NCBI GenBank assembly: GCA_963769025.1
Contig: CAVYKI010000003.1
Coordinates: 640,001-704,000 of the forward strand
Direction of reading: 5' to 3'
Origin: an uncultured Verrucomicrobiae bacterium
GTDB taxonomy: Bacteria; Verrucomicrobiota; Verrucomicrobiia; Chthoniobacterales; Chthoniobacteraceae
DNA length: 64,000 nucleotides
The position numbers and the translations under genes were made by a program. The notes under the pieces were generated by a model. The model was given only the letters and a program-made list of their open reading frames with translations, was not told the DNA's origin and searched no databases. Shown in pieces: positions 10,288 through 19,363 of the stretch; position 1 is the stretch's first letter; each line of letters begins with the position of its first letter.

Positions 10288-11055
10288 ATGCAACTGAACC
10301 TCGATGGACAGAAGGTCGCCGTCATCGGCGCGGGGCGCGGCATCGGCCGCGCGATTGCCGAGGGCTTCGTGGCGGAGCGGTGCGAGGTGTGGACGTTCGA
10401 CCGCGACCCGGATGCGGCGCCGTTCGGCCATGCGAACGTCACCGGCGACGTGACGCGCTACGAGGAGGTGCGCGCATTTGCCGAGCGCACCGGCGAGGTG
10501 GATCACGTCGTGTTTTCGGTCGGCGCCGGCTCGGGGAAATTCGGGTTCCCATTTTGGAACCTGGAACCCGCGGACTGGGCGCGCGTGCTGGAGATCAACC
10601 TCATCGGCGCGGTGAACACGGCGCATGCCTTCGCGCCGAAGCTCATTGCGCGCGGCAAGGGCTCGATGCTGTTTCTCGTCTCCGTCGCGGGCCAGATCGG
10701 TTCGCAGACCGACCCGCCGTACAGCGCGGCAAAGGCGGGCCTCATCAATTTCACGCAGTGCGCGGCGAAGGATCTCGCGCCGCACGGCATCCGCGTGAAT
10801 GCGCTCTCGCCGGGCATGGTGAAGACGGACCTGAACCAAGCCGTCTGGCAGGCCGGGCAGGCGAATCTCCCACCATCCGCGCGGCAGGATTACGCAGTCT
10901 GGGCCGAGGAAAAAATCCGCAAGGTGTCACCGCTCGGACGCTGGCAGACGCCGCCGGAATTCGCCGCGATGGCCGTTTTCCTCGCCTCCGATCACGCGAA
11001 AAACATCACCGGCCAGACCCTCAATATCGACGGCGGCCAGGTGATGCACGCCTAG
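10288..11055 (+). CDS. Short-chain dehydrogenase/reductase (SDR)
   Basis: GAGRGIG, YSAAK, NALSPG, ITGQTLNIDGG. Confidence 0.95.
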   Translation: MQLNLDGQKVAVIGAGRGIGRAIAEGFVAERCEVWTFDRDPDAAPFGHANVTGDVTRYEEVRAFAERTGEVDHVVFSVGAGSGKFGFPFWNLEPADWARVLEINLIGAVNTAHAFAPKLIARGKGSMLFLVSVAGQIGSQTDPPYSAAKAGLINFTQCAAKDLAPHGIRVNALSPGMVKTDLNQAVWQAGQANLPPSARQDYAVWAEEKIRKVSPLGRWQTPPEFAAMAVFLASDHAKNITGQTLNIDGGQVMHA

Positions 11056-11074
11056 CGGATTGGACCGCTTTTTT
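11054..11074 (+). terminator. Putative intrinsic terminator after the SDR
   Basis: AGCGG-attgga-CCGCT hairpin followed by TTTTT at the SDR stop codon. The stem is short. Confidence 0.5.
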
Positions 11075-11140
11075 GGGTTGCATGAACATGACTGGTTTTA
11101 GAGCCTTGGCGCCGCAGGAACTTAACCGGGAAACCAAACC

Positions 11141-12859
11141 ATGAAAACTTCGCGCATCCTCCTTGCATCCATCCACCTCTTTGCGGCGTTCGCCGTCATC
11201 GCCCACGCCGATGACGGTTTTATTTTTTCCACCACGGGGGATGGCCTGAGATGGCGGGCGCCTGTCACGTGGCCCTCGGTTCACCTGCGCATCACCGGCG
11301 ACAAGATTGCTCCTTTCGAGCAAACCGTCGGTTCATCGAGCCAGTTTTCGGTGCCTCTCAGCGGACCGGGCGGGCCAGCCCTGCCGGACGGGGTTTACAA
11401 GTGGGAAGTGGTCGGGCAGCCGGTGATGAGCCCGGCATTGGCCCAGAGCCTCTCCGCCGCCCGAAAAGCGGGCAACGACGCCGCAGCCGCGAGCATTCTG
11501 GCTGCCGCAAACCTGCCCCAAGGCGTCCGGACCTCCGGGGCGTTCAGTGTCCTCAACGGGAAGCTCGTGCCAGCCGACGCGGAGGAGCCTGCCGCCCAGC
11601 AAGCCGCGGCGCCCGCCGGGAATCTTGCCCAAAGCGGTCCGCTCATTCCTCTCTCCGGCGTCGTAGCGCCGGATTCGGTGACCAATGACGACCTGATCGT
11701 GATTGGCAGCCTCGCGGTCGGTCAAGATGCCATAAATGGCGAAAACTTCGGATTCGACACTTTCCGCCTGAAGGAAAACAACCTGCGCATCCATTTTGAC
11801 GACACGAGCAACACCGCCTCGTTTCCCGCCAACGACTGGAGAATTGTCATCAACGACACCACCAACGGAGGTGGCAGTTTTTTCGCCATCGAGGACTCCA
11901 CTGCCAACCGGACGCCCTTTAAAATCGAGGCGGGCGCCAAAACCAATGCCCTCGTCGTCGACGACGCCAGTCGTGTGGGCATTGGCACTGGCACCCCTGT
12001 GGTGAACCTGCACATCGTCACTGGCAATACTCCGACCGCACGGCTGGATCAGGACGGCTCCTCCGGGTTTACGCCGCAGGTTTGGGACATGGCTGGCAAT
12101 GAAACCAATTTCTTCATCCGTGACGTCACCAACGGTTCGAGGCTGCCCTTCCGGATCCGCCCCAACGCGCCGACGAGCAGCATCGATATCGCCGGTAGCG
12201 GCAACGTGGGCTTGGGAACGTCCGCTCCGGCGACAAGACTCCACCTGCAGTCGACTAACACTGACATCGCACTCCGCATCCAGCAGACCGCTGGGACCGT
12301 TCCTTCGAGTTGGGATTTTACCAACAACTCAGCAACGGGACGCCTGAATATCACCGACGACACGACATCCATGCGGATCCCCTTCAAGATGGGCCCCGGT
12401 GCGCCCAATAATCTGTTTCGGATCGGCATTCCCGCCGTGAACACCGTGGAAGTGAACGGCACCCTGACCGTGAATGGGACCTTCAACAACCTGTCGAGCC
12501 GTGAGTTCAAGAATATCGTGCCGGGCGTCGATAGCGCTTCGGTTTTGGAAAAAATCGCCAGCCTGCCGCTTTTCACATGGTCGTACAAGGATAGCAATGG
12601 GGAGCGCCACTTCGGCCCCGTGGCCGAGGATTTCTATGCGCATTTCCAGCTCGGGACGGATGAGAAACACATCTCGCCAAACGACATGGCGGGAGTCGCG
12701 CTGGGCGCGATCAAGGGCCTCCATGAGCAGCTCCGGGAGCGGGATGCCCAGATCAAGACCCTGCGCCAGAAGAGCGACACGCTCGAACAGCAGATGAAGG
12801 CGCTGACCGAAGCGGTCGAAGCATTGAAGGTGGGAAGCCCTACGAAAGCCTCGCCCTAA
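11141..12859 (+). CDS. Secreted tail-fibre-like protein with three beta-rich repeats, C-terminal peptidase S74 (intramolecular chaperone) domain and coiled coil
   Basis: Signal peptide ending AVIAHA. Three W..F/L.I.D.T...PF.I/M repeats, two followed by VGI/LGT..P. S74 motifs SSREFK, LP..TWSYK, HFGPVAEDF, D..GVAL.AIK.L, then a heptad coiled coil. Confidence 0.85.
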   Translation: MKTSRILLASIHLFAAFAVIAHADDGFIFSTTGDGLRWRAPVTWPSVHLRITGDKIAPFEQTVGSSSQFSVPLSGPGGPALPDGVYKWEVVGQPVMSPALAQSLSAARKAGNDAAAASILAAANLPQGVRTSGAFSVLNGKLVPADAEEPAAQQAAAPAGNLAQSGPLIPLSGVVAPDSVTNDDLIVIGSLAVGQDAINGENFGFDTFRLKENNLRIHFDDTSNTASFPANDWRIVINDTTNGGGSFFAIEDSTANRTPFKIEAGAKTNALVVDDASRVGIGTGTPVVNLHIVTGNTPTARLDQDGSSGFTPQVWDMAGNETNFFIRDVTNGSRLPFRIRPNAPTSSIDIAGSGNVGLGTSAPATRLHLQSTNTDIALRIQQTAGTVPSSWDFTNNSATGRLNITDDTTSMRIPFKMGPGAPNNLFRIGIPAVNTVEVNGTLTVNGTFNNLSSREFKNIVPGVDSASVLEKIASLPLFTWSYKDSNGERHFGPVAEDFYAHFQLGTDEKHISPNDMAGVALGAIKGLHEQLRERDAQIKTLRQKSDTLEQQMKALTEAVEALKVGSPTKASP

Positions 12860-12875
12860 AGCGGCGTTCGCGCTG

Positions 12876-15800
12876 ATGATCGCGCATGGAAAGTGGGAAT
12901 GCGGCGTGCATTTGCTGACGGGCGTCGCGCTCGCCTGGCTGGGAGCGGGACAGCTGGGCGCGCAGAACGCGGTCGATCCGATCCTCGGCTCGATCCGGCA
13001 GCTCGAGGATAAGAGCGATCCCAAGTGCCATGCCACCGCATCGCGGCTGGAGAACTTCATGTTCGGAACGCCGCTCACCGACGCGGTGCGTTTCCAGAAA
13101 AACGGGTATCTGAAGGAGTTCATCCGCGGCGCATGGGCACGGGCTTCGGAGCTTGCCCGCGAGCAGAATGCGACGGAAATCGACGCGGCGGTGATGACGA
13201 AGGCCTTCGCCTCCGAACCGGAAGTCGTGGAGGAAAAAGGCGAGTTCGTGGTCAAGACCTCGCCGGCTCCGATCCGCATTGGTTCGCGTGACAAGCGCCA
13301 GTATTCCAGCGTGGCTTACGCGCTTCGCGCCATCCTGGCGGTCCAGCAGGAGGCTTCGCTGAGCGAAGGCCGCCTGTCGCTCGTGCCGCTCAAGCCGGAG
13401 GCCGTCGCGGCGCTCAAGGAGCGGGCCGACATCTATGTGCTCGCTTTGCTCAATCTCGCCGATCGCCATGCGCGAAAGGAAGTTCGCTTTGAGATCGGCC
13501 CCGGGGACATGGAGCAAGGCTGGAAGGAACTCGGCCTGACGGGCACTCCCGCGCCAAAGTCCGGCCCGTCGAAGACCGGCAAGGATTCGCTGCTGCGGGC
13601 CGTCATCACCCAGAAAGTCGCATCCTTTGCGGCTTACAATCAGGTTTCCAACGAGCTGTTTGTGCGGAACCTCCAGGTCTATTTTGCCAAGCGGCGGTGG
13701 CCGGAAACGGCGGAGCAGGGAAAGCAGGTGAAGGATTTTTTTGTAAATGCAGTCGTGGGTTTTGGCGCTGCACTCTACGAAGCGGCCCAGGAGCGTGCGC
13801 GGACCCGGGGCGACACCCTGGTGAGGGAGGAGGATGTCTTCGACGCAGTGCAGCGTTTCACGCCCTATAGCGTCAACGAATACGAGGATGTGGTCTTTTT
13901 CCCACGCTTGGAAAAGGAGCGGCTGACGATCGAGGCGTACGACTTGGATTCATTCCGGGACAGCGGGTTCCACTGGACCTATCTCGGTTTCGCGCTCGAT
14001 GACATGGGAGGCAAACTGGCGATCGATGCGGATCCCTTCGCGGCTGAATTGCTCTCCGAGTCCATCGCGCAGTTCGGAGTGCTGCTGCTTCGGATGGCCG
14101 GCCAGGTCGCGATCGATGCCTCGCAGGAGAGGCTCTCGATTTCCGCCTTTGAGTCCGCGATGACCGAGATGCAGCGGCGCATCGTTCTGCACGGCGAGGC
14201 GCCGCTCCGGAAACCCAAGGAAGTGGCAATCGCGTCTTCTGCGACGCCGCGCGAATCGTCCACGGGGGCCAGGTTTTTTTCCGACGTCACGACTGAGGCT
14301 GGGATCCAGTTCGAGCACCGTTCCTCGGATTGGCTCTCGCGTCTCCTGAGAGGCTATCTGACGAAGCCGGACGGGAAAGGAGTCATCACAATCCCGCCGG
14401 CCTTTGGAGGTGCCGGACTTGCCGCCGAGGACATCGACAACGACGGCGACATCGACCTGATCGTTCTCAGCGGAGCCGGCAACCGCCTTTACCTGAACGA
14501 TGGAAAGGGCGTCTTCACCGATGCGACCGCGACCTCAGGGCTCGACTGGCGCCGTCCGGACGGTCACCCCGGCGAGCCGCGCCAGCCGATCATTGCCGAC
14601 TTTGACAATGACGGCATCCAGGACGTGCTCATCACCTACGTGGACGATGCCCACCGGCTTTATATGGGGCTTGGGAATGGCCGGTTCAAGGACGTCACCG
14701 ATGGGTGCGCCCTCGGCGGCCAAGGCGTGGTGGGCGGCCCGGTCACCGTGCTCGACGTGGACAAGGATGGCCTGCTGGATATCTACCTCGGTTACTTCGG
14801 CGATTATCCCCGCGGGGTGCTGCCGACGCTCGCGCGGCGCAACCGGAATGGCTTGCCGAACAAATTGTTCCGAAATCTCGGGGGCATGCGCTTTGAAGAC
14901 ATTTCCGAAAAAAGCGGGACGGCCGACCGGGGCTGGGCGCAGTCGGTCGGGCATACCGACTTCGATGGGGACGGATGGCAGGACATCATCGTGGGAAATG
15001 ATTTCGGGGTGAACGTGTACTACCGGAACCGGCACGACGGCACCTTTGAGGATGTCGCCGAAAAAATGGGTGCCTCCAAGCCGTCCTTTACCATGGGAAT
15101 CGGCATCGCGGATCTGAACCGGGATGGCATCCCTGACATCTACATCGCCAACATCGTGACGATGAACAAGGATCAGAAATATGTCCTGCCCACCGAGGAC
15201 ACGGTCCAGACGTTCGACCTGCGCAAGCTGGCGAACATGCGCGTGGTGGAAGCCAACGACCTCTTCATCTCGACGCGCGGCGCAAGCGGGCTTCCCCGTT
15301 ACGAACTCTCGAATCTGGTGGACCGGGGCTATTCCTCCACGGGGTGGTCGTGGGGCGCGGATTTCTTCGATTTCGACCACGATGGCGACGAGGATCTCTA
15401 CGTGCTCAACGGCATGAACGACTTCAACGTCTATGGCCGGGAAAACCCCTATTACACGGACCCGCACAGCGATCAGAAAGTAGCGGTCACCTTCCCGCCC
15501 AGTCAGCGGGAAAAGAATGTGCTTTTCATCAACGACGCCGGCCGGTTCCAGGACGCGAGCGATCAGAGCGGGCTCGACATCCTTTCCAACTCCAGGAGCG
15601 CCGCCTACTTCGACTTTGACGGGGATGGCGACCTCGATATCGCCATCAACAACTATCACGGACCGGCGGTCCTGTTTCGCAATAACACCAATTCCAGAGC
15701 CGGTTCATGGCTGAGCATCCGCCTCACCGGCGACCCCAAGCGGGGAGTCTCCCGCGACGCGATCGGCGCCACCGTCCTCGTCAGCGGCGAAAAACTGAAG

Positions 15801-16013
15801 AACATCTGGCGCGAAGTCCACACGACCACCGGCTATCTCACCGGGCACCCGAAGGAGCAGCATTTTGGCGTCGGCCACGAGAAGGCGCTCTCCGCCGAAG
15901 TGCGCTGGCCCGACGGTCAGGTGCAGCGCTTTGCCGACGTGAAACCCGGGATGCGCTACCGGTTGGTTCAAGGCCAGAAACTCGAGGCCTCGACACCGGA
16001 CGATCCGCGTTGA
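12876..16013 (+). CDS. Secreted protein: four putative histone folds + FG-GAP beta-propeller + ASPIC/UnbV domain (CRTAC1-like)
   Basis: Hydrophobic N-terminus. Four alpha1-L1-alpha2-L2-alpha3-like units in aa ~52-435. Seven DxDxDG-type Ca-binding loops (DIDNDGDID, DFDNDGIQD, DVDKDGLLD, DFDGDGWQD, DLNRDGIPD, DFDHDGDED, DFDGDGDLD). UnbV motifs DAIGATV, HFGVG and VRWPDG. Confidence 0.85.
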   Translation: MIAHGKWECGVHLLTGVALAWLGAGQLGAQNAVDPILGSIRQLEDKSDPKCHATASRLENFMFGTPLTDAVRFQKNGYLKEFIRGAWARASELAREQNATEIDAAVMTKAFASEPEVVEEKGEFVVKTSPAPIRIGSRDKRQYSSVAYALRAILAVQQEASLSEGRLSLVPLKPEAVAALKERADIYVLALLNLADRHARKEVRFEIGPGDMEQGWKELGLTGTPAPKSGPSKTGKDSLLRAVITQKVASFAAYNQVSNELFVRNLQVYFAKRRWPETAEQGKQVKDFFVNAVVGFGAALYEAAQERARTRGDTLVREEDVFDAVQRFTPYSVNEYEDVVFFPRLEKERLTIEAYDLDSFRDSGFHWTYLGFALDDMGGKLAIDADPFAAELLSESIAQFGVLLLRMAGQVAIDASQERLSISAFESAMTEMQRRIVLHGEAPLRKPKEVAIASSATPRESSTGARFFSDVTTEAGIQFEHRSSDWLSRLLRGYLTKPDGKGVITIPPAFGGAGLAAEDIDNDGDIDLIVLSGAGNRLYLNDGKGVFTDATATSGLDWRRPDGHPGEPRQPIIADFDNDGIQDVLITYVDDAHRLYMGLGNGRFKDVTDGCALGGQGVVGGPVTVLDVDKDGLLDIYLGYFGDYPRGVLPTLARRNRNGLPNKLFRNLGGMRFEDISEKSGTADRGWAQSVGHTDFDGDGWQDIIVGNDFGVNVYYRNRHDGTFEDVAEKMGASKPSFTMGIGIADLNRDGIPDIYIANIVTMNKDQKYVLPTEDTVQTFDLRKLANMRVVEANDLFISTRGASGLPRYELSNLVDRGYSSTGWSWGADFFDFDHDGDEDLYVLNGMNDFNVYGRENPYYTDPHSDQKVAVTFPPSQREKNVLFINDAGRFQDASDQSGLDILSNSRSAAYFDFDGDGDLDIAINNYHGPAVLFRNNTNSRAGSWLSIRLTGDPKRGVSRDAIGATVLVSGEKLKNIWREVHTTTGYLTGHPKEQHFGVGHEKALSAEVRWPDGQVQRFADVKPGMRYRLVQGQKLEASTPDDPR

Positions 16014-16174
16014 TCCTCTCCCGCAAACATCGCGTCGCGGAGCGTTGACGAGCCCGCCGCCGCGATCCGGACCCAGTCAAAATCGAGGATCAGCGTGCAC
16101 GGTTCATCGATGGAAATGCCGCCGGCGTCGGGGGATTCGGCGCGTTGGTCCGGCGAGCACGCACGCCCGTCCGA

Positions 16175-17053
16175 TCAGCGCTTTTCGTAGAGCAGGAAAA
16201 GCCCCGAGTGATCCACCTCGCCGTGGCCTTCCTCGTGGACGAATTTTTCCCACTGCGCGCGGCAGTTGTCCAAGGTCGGCGACTTGAACCCGAGCGACTC
16301 CGCGAGTTCGCAAATGAGGCGCACGTCCTTCAGTTGCAGCGAGGAGCGTCCGCCGGGGGCGAAATCCCGCCGCGCCATGCGGTCGCCGTGCAGGTTGAGG
16401 ATGCGGCTTTCTGCAAACCCGCCGAGCAGCGCCTCGCGCACCTTCGCGGCATCGAGGCCCGCGAGTTCCGCGAGCCGCAGCGCCTGCGCGACGGCGTCAA
16501 TCGTCTGCGCGACGATGAGTTGGTTCGCGAGTTTCGTCACCTGCCCCGAGCCGGCTGGGCCAAGGTGCGTGATGCGCTTTCCGACCGTCTGCAAAATCGG
16601 CAGGGCGCGCTGAAATGCCGCTTCGGTGCCACCGGCCATGATGGTGAGGTCGCCCGCCTCCGCGCCGACCTGACCGCCGGAGACCGGGGCATCCACCCAC
16701 GTGACGCGACGCGCAAACTCCTTCGTCTCCGGCACGCCAGTCGTGCCGAAATCGATGATCATCGCGCACGGGCTGAGTCCTTCGATGAGACCGCCGTCGC
16801 CGAAGACGACCTTCTGCACGACATCGGTCGTCGTGAGGTTGATGCAGATCACACCGTCGCCGACTTCGCACGCGAGTTCCGGAAGCGTCGCCGCGCGCTT
16901 CATGCCGAGCGCGACCGCAGCCTCCGCGGACGCGTCGCTGCGATTCCACACCACGACGTCGGCTCCGACCGCGTGCAGATGCCGCGCCATCGCACGGCCC
17001 ATGTTGCCGAGCCCGGCGAATCCGATCTTGTGTCCTGAAAGTGGCTTGCCCAT
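16175..17053 (-). CDS. NAD(P)-dependent beta-hydroxyacid dehydrogenase (2-hydroxy-3-oxopropionate reductase/GarR-like)
   Basis: GLGNMG, DAPVSGG, GSGQVTKLANQ, GGFAES, LQLKD. Confidence 0.92.
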   Translation of the reverse strand: MGKPLSGHKIGFAGLGNMGRAMARHLHAVGADVVVWNRSDASAEAAVALGMKRAATLPELACEVGDGVICINLTTTDVVQKVVFGDGGLIEGLSPCAMIIDFGTTGVPETKEFARRVTWVDAPVSGGQVGAEAGDLTIMAGGTEAAFQRALPILQTVGKRITHLGPAGSGQVTKLANQLIVAQTIDAVAQALRLAELAGLDAAKVREALLGGFAESRILNLHGDRMARRDFAPGGRSSLQLKDVRLICELAESLGFKSPTLDNCRAQWEKFVHEEGHGEVDHSGLFLLYEKR

Positions 17054-17116
17054 GAGCAGGCGCGCAGTCCACACCGGGACCGCACGCATTGCAAATCACG
17101 TTCCCTCGACCCACGC

Positions 17117-18103
17117 ATGAAAGTCATCATCACCGGCGGCGGCGGCTTCCTCGGCTCGCAGCTCTGCCGGAAACTCATCGAACGCGGCGCGCTCACCGGC
17201 CCCTCCGGCTCCGCGGAGAAAATCGACGAGATCGTGCTGCTGGATGCCGTCTTCCCCCGCCCTTCCATCGATCCCCGCGTGCGGCAAATGAAGGGTGACA
17301 TCAGCAATCGCGACACCGTCTTTTCCGCCATCGGCACCGACGCCGCGACGGCGATCTTCCACCTCGCGTCCATGGTCAGCGGCGAATGCGAAGAGCGTTT
17401 CGACGACGCCCTGCGCGTGAATCTCGACGGCGGACGCAACGTCTTCGAGGCCGCCCGCGCGGCGGCCGGACGTCCGCGCGTGGTCTTCGCCAGCAGCATC
17501 GCGTGCTTCGGCGGCGAGGCCATGCAGGACCCGAACACCGATCGCACGAAGCTCGCGCCGCAGACCACCTACGGCATGACCAAGGCCATCTGCGAACTCA
17601 TGCTGAACGACCACTCGCGCAAAGGTCACTTTGACGGACGCTCCGCGCGGCTGCCGACCGTGATCATCCGCCCCGGCAAGCCAAATGCCGCCGCGTCGGG
17701 CTGGGCCAGCGGGATGTTCCGCGAGCCGCTCAATGGCGAGCCGTGCCTGCTGCCCGTGCGCCGCGAGCAATGCCATCCGATGACCGGCTACCGCACCGTC
17801 ATCGAATCGCTCATCGCGCTGCACGAGGTGCCCGCCGATCGCTTCCGCGACGACCGCGCCATCGGCCTTCCCGCACACCGCGTCACGCCGCAGCTCGCCG
17901 AGTCCGTCCTTCGCGAAGTCGCCGAGGAACGCGGCCTGAGCCTCGGGCCGATCAAGGATGCCTTCGACGCCCGCATCCAGGGCATCGTGGACAACTGGCC
18001 CGTCGCCGTGGACGGCTCGCGCGCCATCGCGCTCGGCCTCCCGTCACCGCCTCCGCTGAAAGACATCGTCGGGCAATATCTCGAGGACTTCGGGAAACGG
18101 TAA
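17117..18103 (+). CDS. denD: Extended-SDR, D-erythronate dehydrogenase-like
   Basis: TGGGGFLG, FHLASMVSGECE, YGMTK and RLPTVIIRPGKPNAAASG, typical of DenD. Confidence 0.75.
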   Translation: MKVIITGGGGFLGSQLCRKLIERGALTGPSGSAEKIDEIVLLDAVFPRPSIDPRVRQMKGDISNRDTVFSAIGTDAATAIFHLASMVSGECEERFDDALRVNLDGGRNVFEAARAAAGRPRVVFASSIACFGGEAMQDPNTDRTKLAPQTTYGMTKAICELMLNDHSRKGHFDGRSARLPTVIIRPGKPNAAASGWASGMFREPLNGEPCLLPVRREQCHPMTGYRTVIESLIALHEVPADRFRDDRAIGLPAHRVTPQLAESVLREVAEERGLSLGPIKDAFDARIQGIVDNWPVAVDGSRAIALGLPSPPPLKDIVGQYLEDFGKR

Positions 18104-18202
18104 CGTTCCTCCCGGAGCCGGCGCAACGCGGGGGCGGACTCACGCGATGGACGAAGTTTTTAATTCCCGCGCGGTGGCAAAATGGTGCATTGGAGAGGAC
18201 CG

Positions 18203-19363
18203 ATGCGGATTTTCGTCCCCACAGAAACCGACCCCTCCGAACGCCGGGTGGCGATCGTCCCGGTCACCGTGCCGAAACTCGTCGCGCTGGGCGCGCAGGT
18301 GGAAATCGAAGCGGGGCTTGGCGAGCGCATCCATTTTTCCGACGAAGAGTACCGCCTGGCAGGTGCCACTGTCGTCACCGACCGCCGGCAGGGCCTCGCT
18401 TCCGCGGACATGGTGCTGCGGCTCGGCAAGCCCGCAGCCACCGAGCTCTCGTCGCTCAGGCGAGGCTGCCTCCACATCAGCTTTCTCGATCCATTCACGG
18501 ATGTGGAAATCGTGCGAAGTCTCGCTGCGGCCGGCGCGAGCGCGATTTGCATGGAGATGATCCCGCGCTCGACGATCGCGCAGAAGATGGACGCGCTGAG
18601 TTCGCAGGCGAGCCTCGGCGGCTACGTGGCGGTGCTGCTCGGGGCGAACCGGCTCGACCGCATTTTCCCGATGATGATGACGCCCGCCGGGACGATCCCG
18701 CCGGCGAAGGTTTTCATCATCGGCGTCGGCGTCGCCGGCCTCCAGGCCATCGCCACCGCGAAGCGGCTCGGCGCGGTGGTCGAGGCGTTCGACACACGGC
18801 CCGTCGTCGAGGAGCAGGTGAAATCGCTCGGCGCGAAATTTGTGAAAGTGGACCTCGGCGACACTGGGCAGACGGCGCAGGGCTACGCGAAGGAACTGAC
18901 GCCCGAGCAGCTCGCGAAACAGCGCGAGGTCATGGAGCTGCGTTGCGCGCAGGCGGACCTCGTCATCACCACCGCGCAGGTCTTCGGCCGCAAGGCGCCG
19001 GTCATTTTGACAACCGCCGTGGTGGAGAAAATGAAGCCCGGCAGCATCGTCGTGGACATGGCGGTGGAGACGGGCGGCAACGTCGAGTGCTCGCGCCTCG
19101 ACGAGGAAGTCGTCGTGAAAGGCGTGCGGGTGCTCGGCTACCGGAACCTCGCAGGGCGCGTCGCCCGCGCGGCGAGCTCGATGTATTCCAGCAATCTCGC
19201 GAACCTCGTGGAGCACTTCTGGGATCGTGAGGCGAAAAGCTTCCGCCTCGATCCGGCGAACGAAATCCTGAAGGACTGCCTCGTCACGCACGGCGGCGCC
19301 ATCGTGAACGAACGCCTCCGCGCACTCTCCAGTTCACAGCCCGCAGCCGCCATTTCCCCATGA
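18203..19363 (+). CDS. pntA: NAD(P) transhydrogenase alpha subunit, part 1 (PntAA)
   Basis: ERRVAIVP, IPRSTIAQKMDALSSQA, PMMMTPAGT, GVGVAGLQAIATAKRLGA, DMAVETGGN. Confidence 0.95.
   Translation: MRIFVPTETDPSERRVAIVPVTVPKLVALGAQVEIEAGLGERIHFSDEEYRLAGATVVTDRRQGLASADMVLRLGKPAATELSSLRRGCLHISFLDPFTDVEIVRSLAAAGASAICMEMIPRSTIAQKMDALSSQASLGGYVAVLLGANRLDRIFPMMMTPAGTIPPAKVFIIGVGVAGLQAIATAKRLGAVVEAFDTRPVVEEQVKSLGAKFVKVDLGDTGQTAQGYAKELTPEQLAKQREVMELRCAQADLVITTAQVFGRKAPVILTTAVVEKMKPGSIVVDMAVETGGNVECSRLDEEVVVKGVRVLGYRNLAGRVARAASSMYSSNLANLVEHFWDREAKSFRLDPANEILKDCLVTHGGAIVNERLRALSSSQPAAAISP

Noticed and set aside
11141..12859. Prophage tail gene
   Set aside because: It has a Sec-type signal peptide, and there are no capsid, terminase, integrase or other phage genes in the window.
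16020..16145. Possible coding remnant on the minus strand (SIDEPCTLILDFDWVRI)
   Set aside because: Too short to assign, with no start codon or context.
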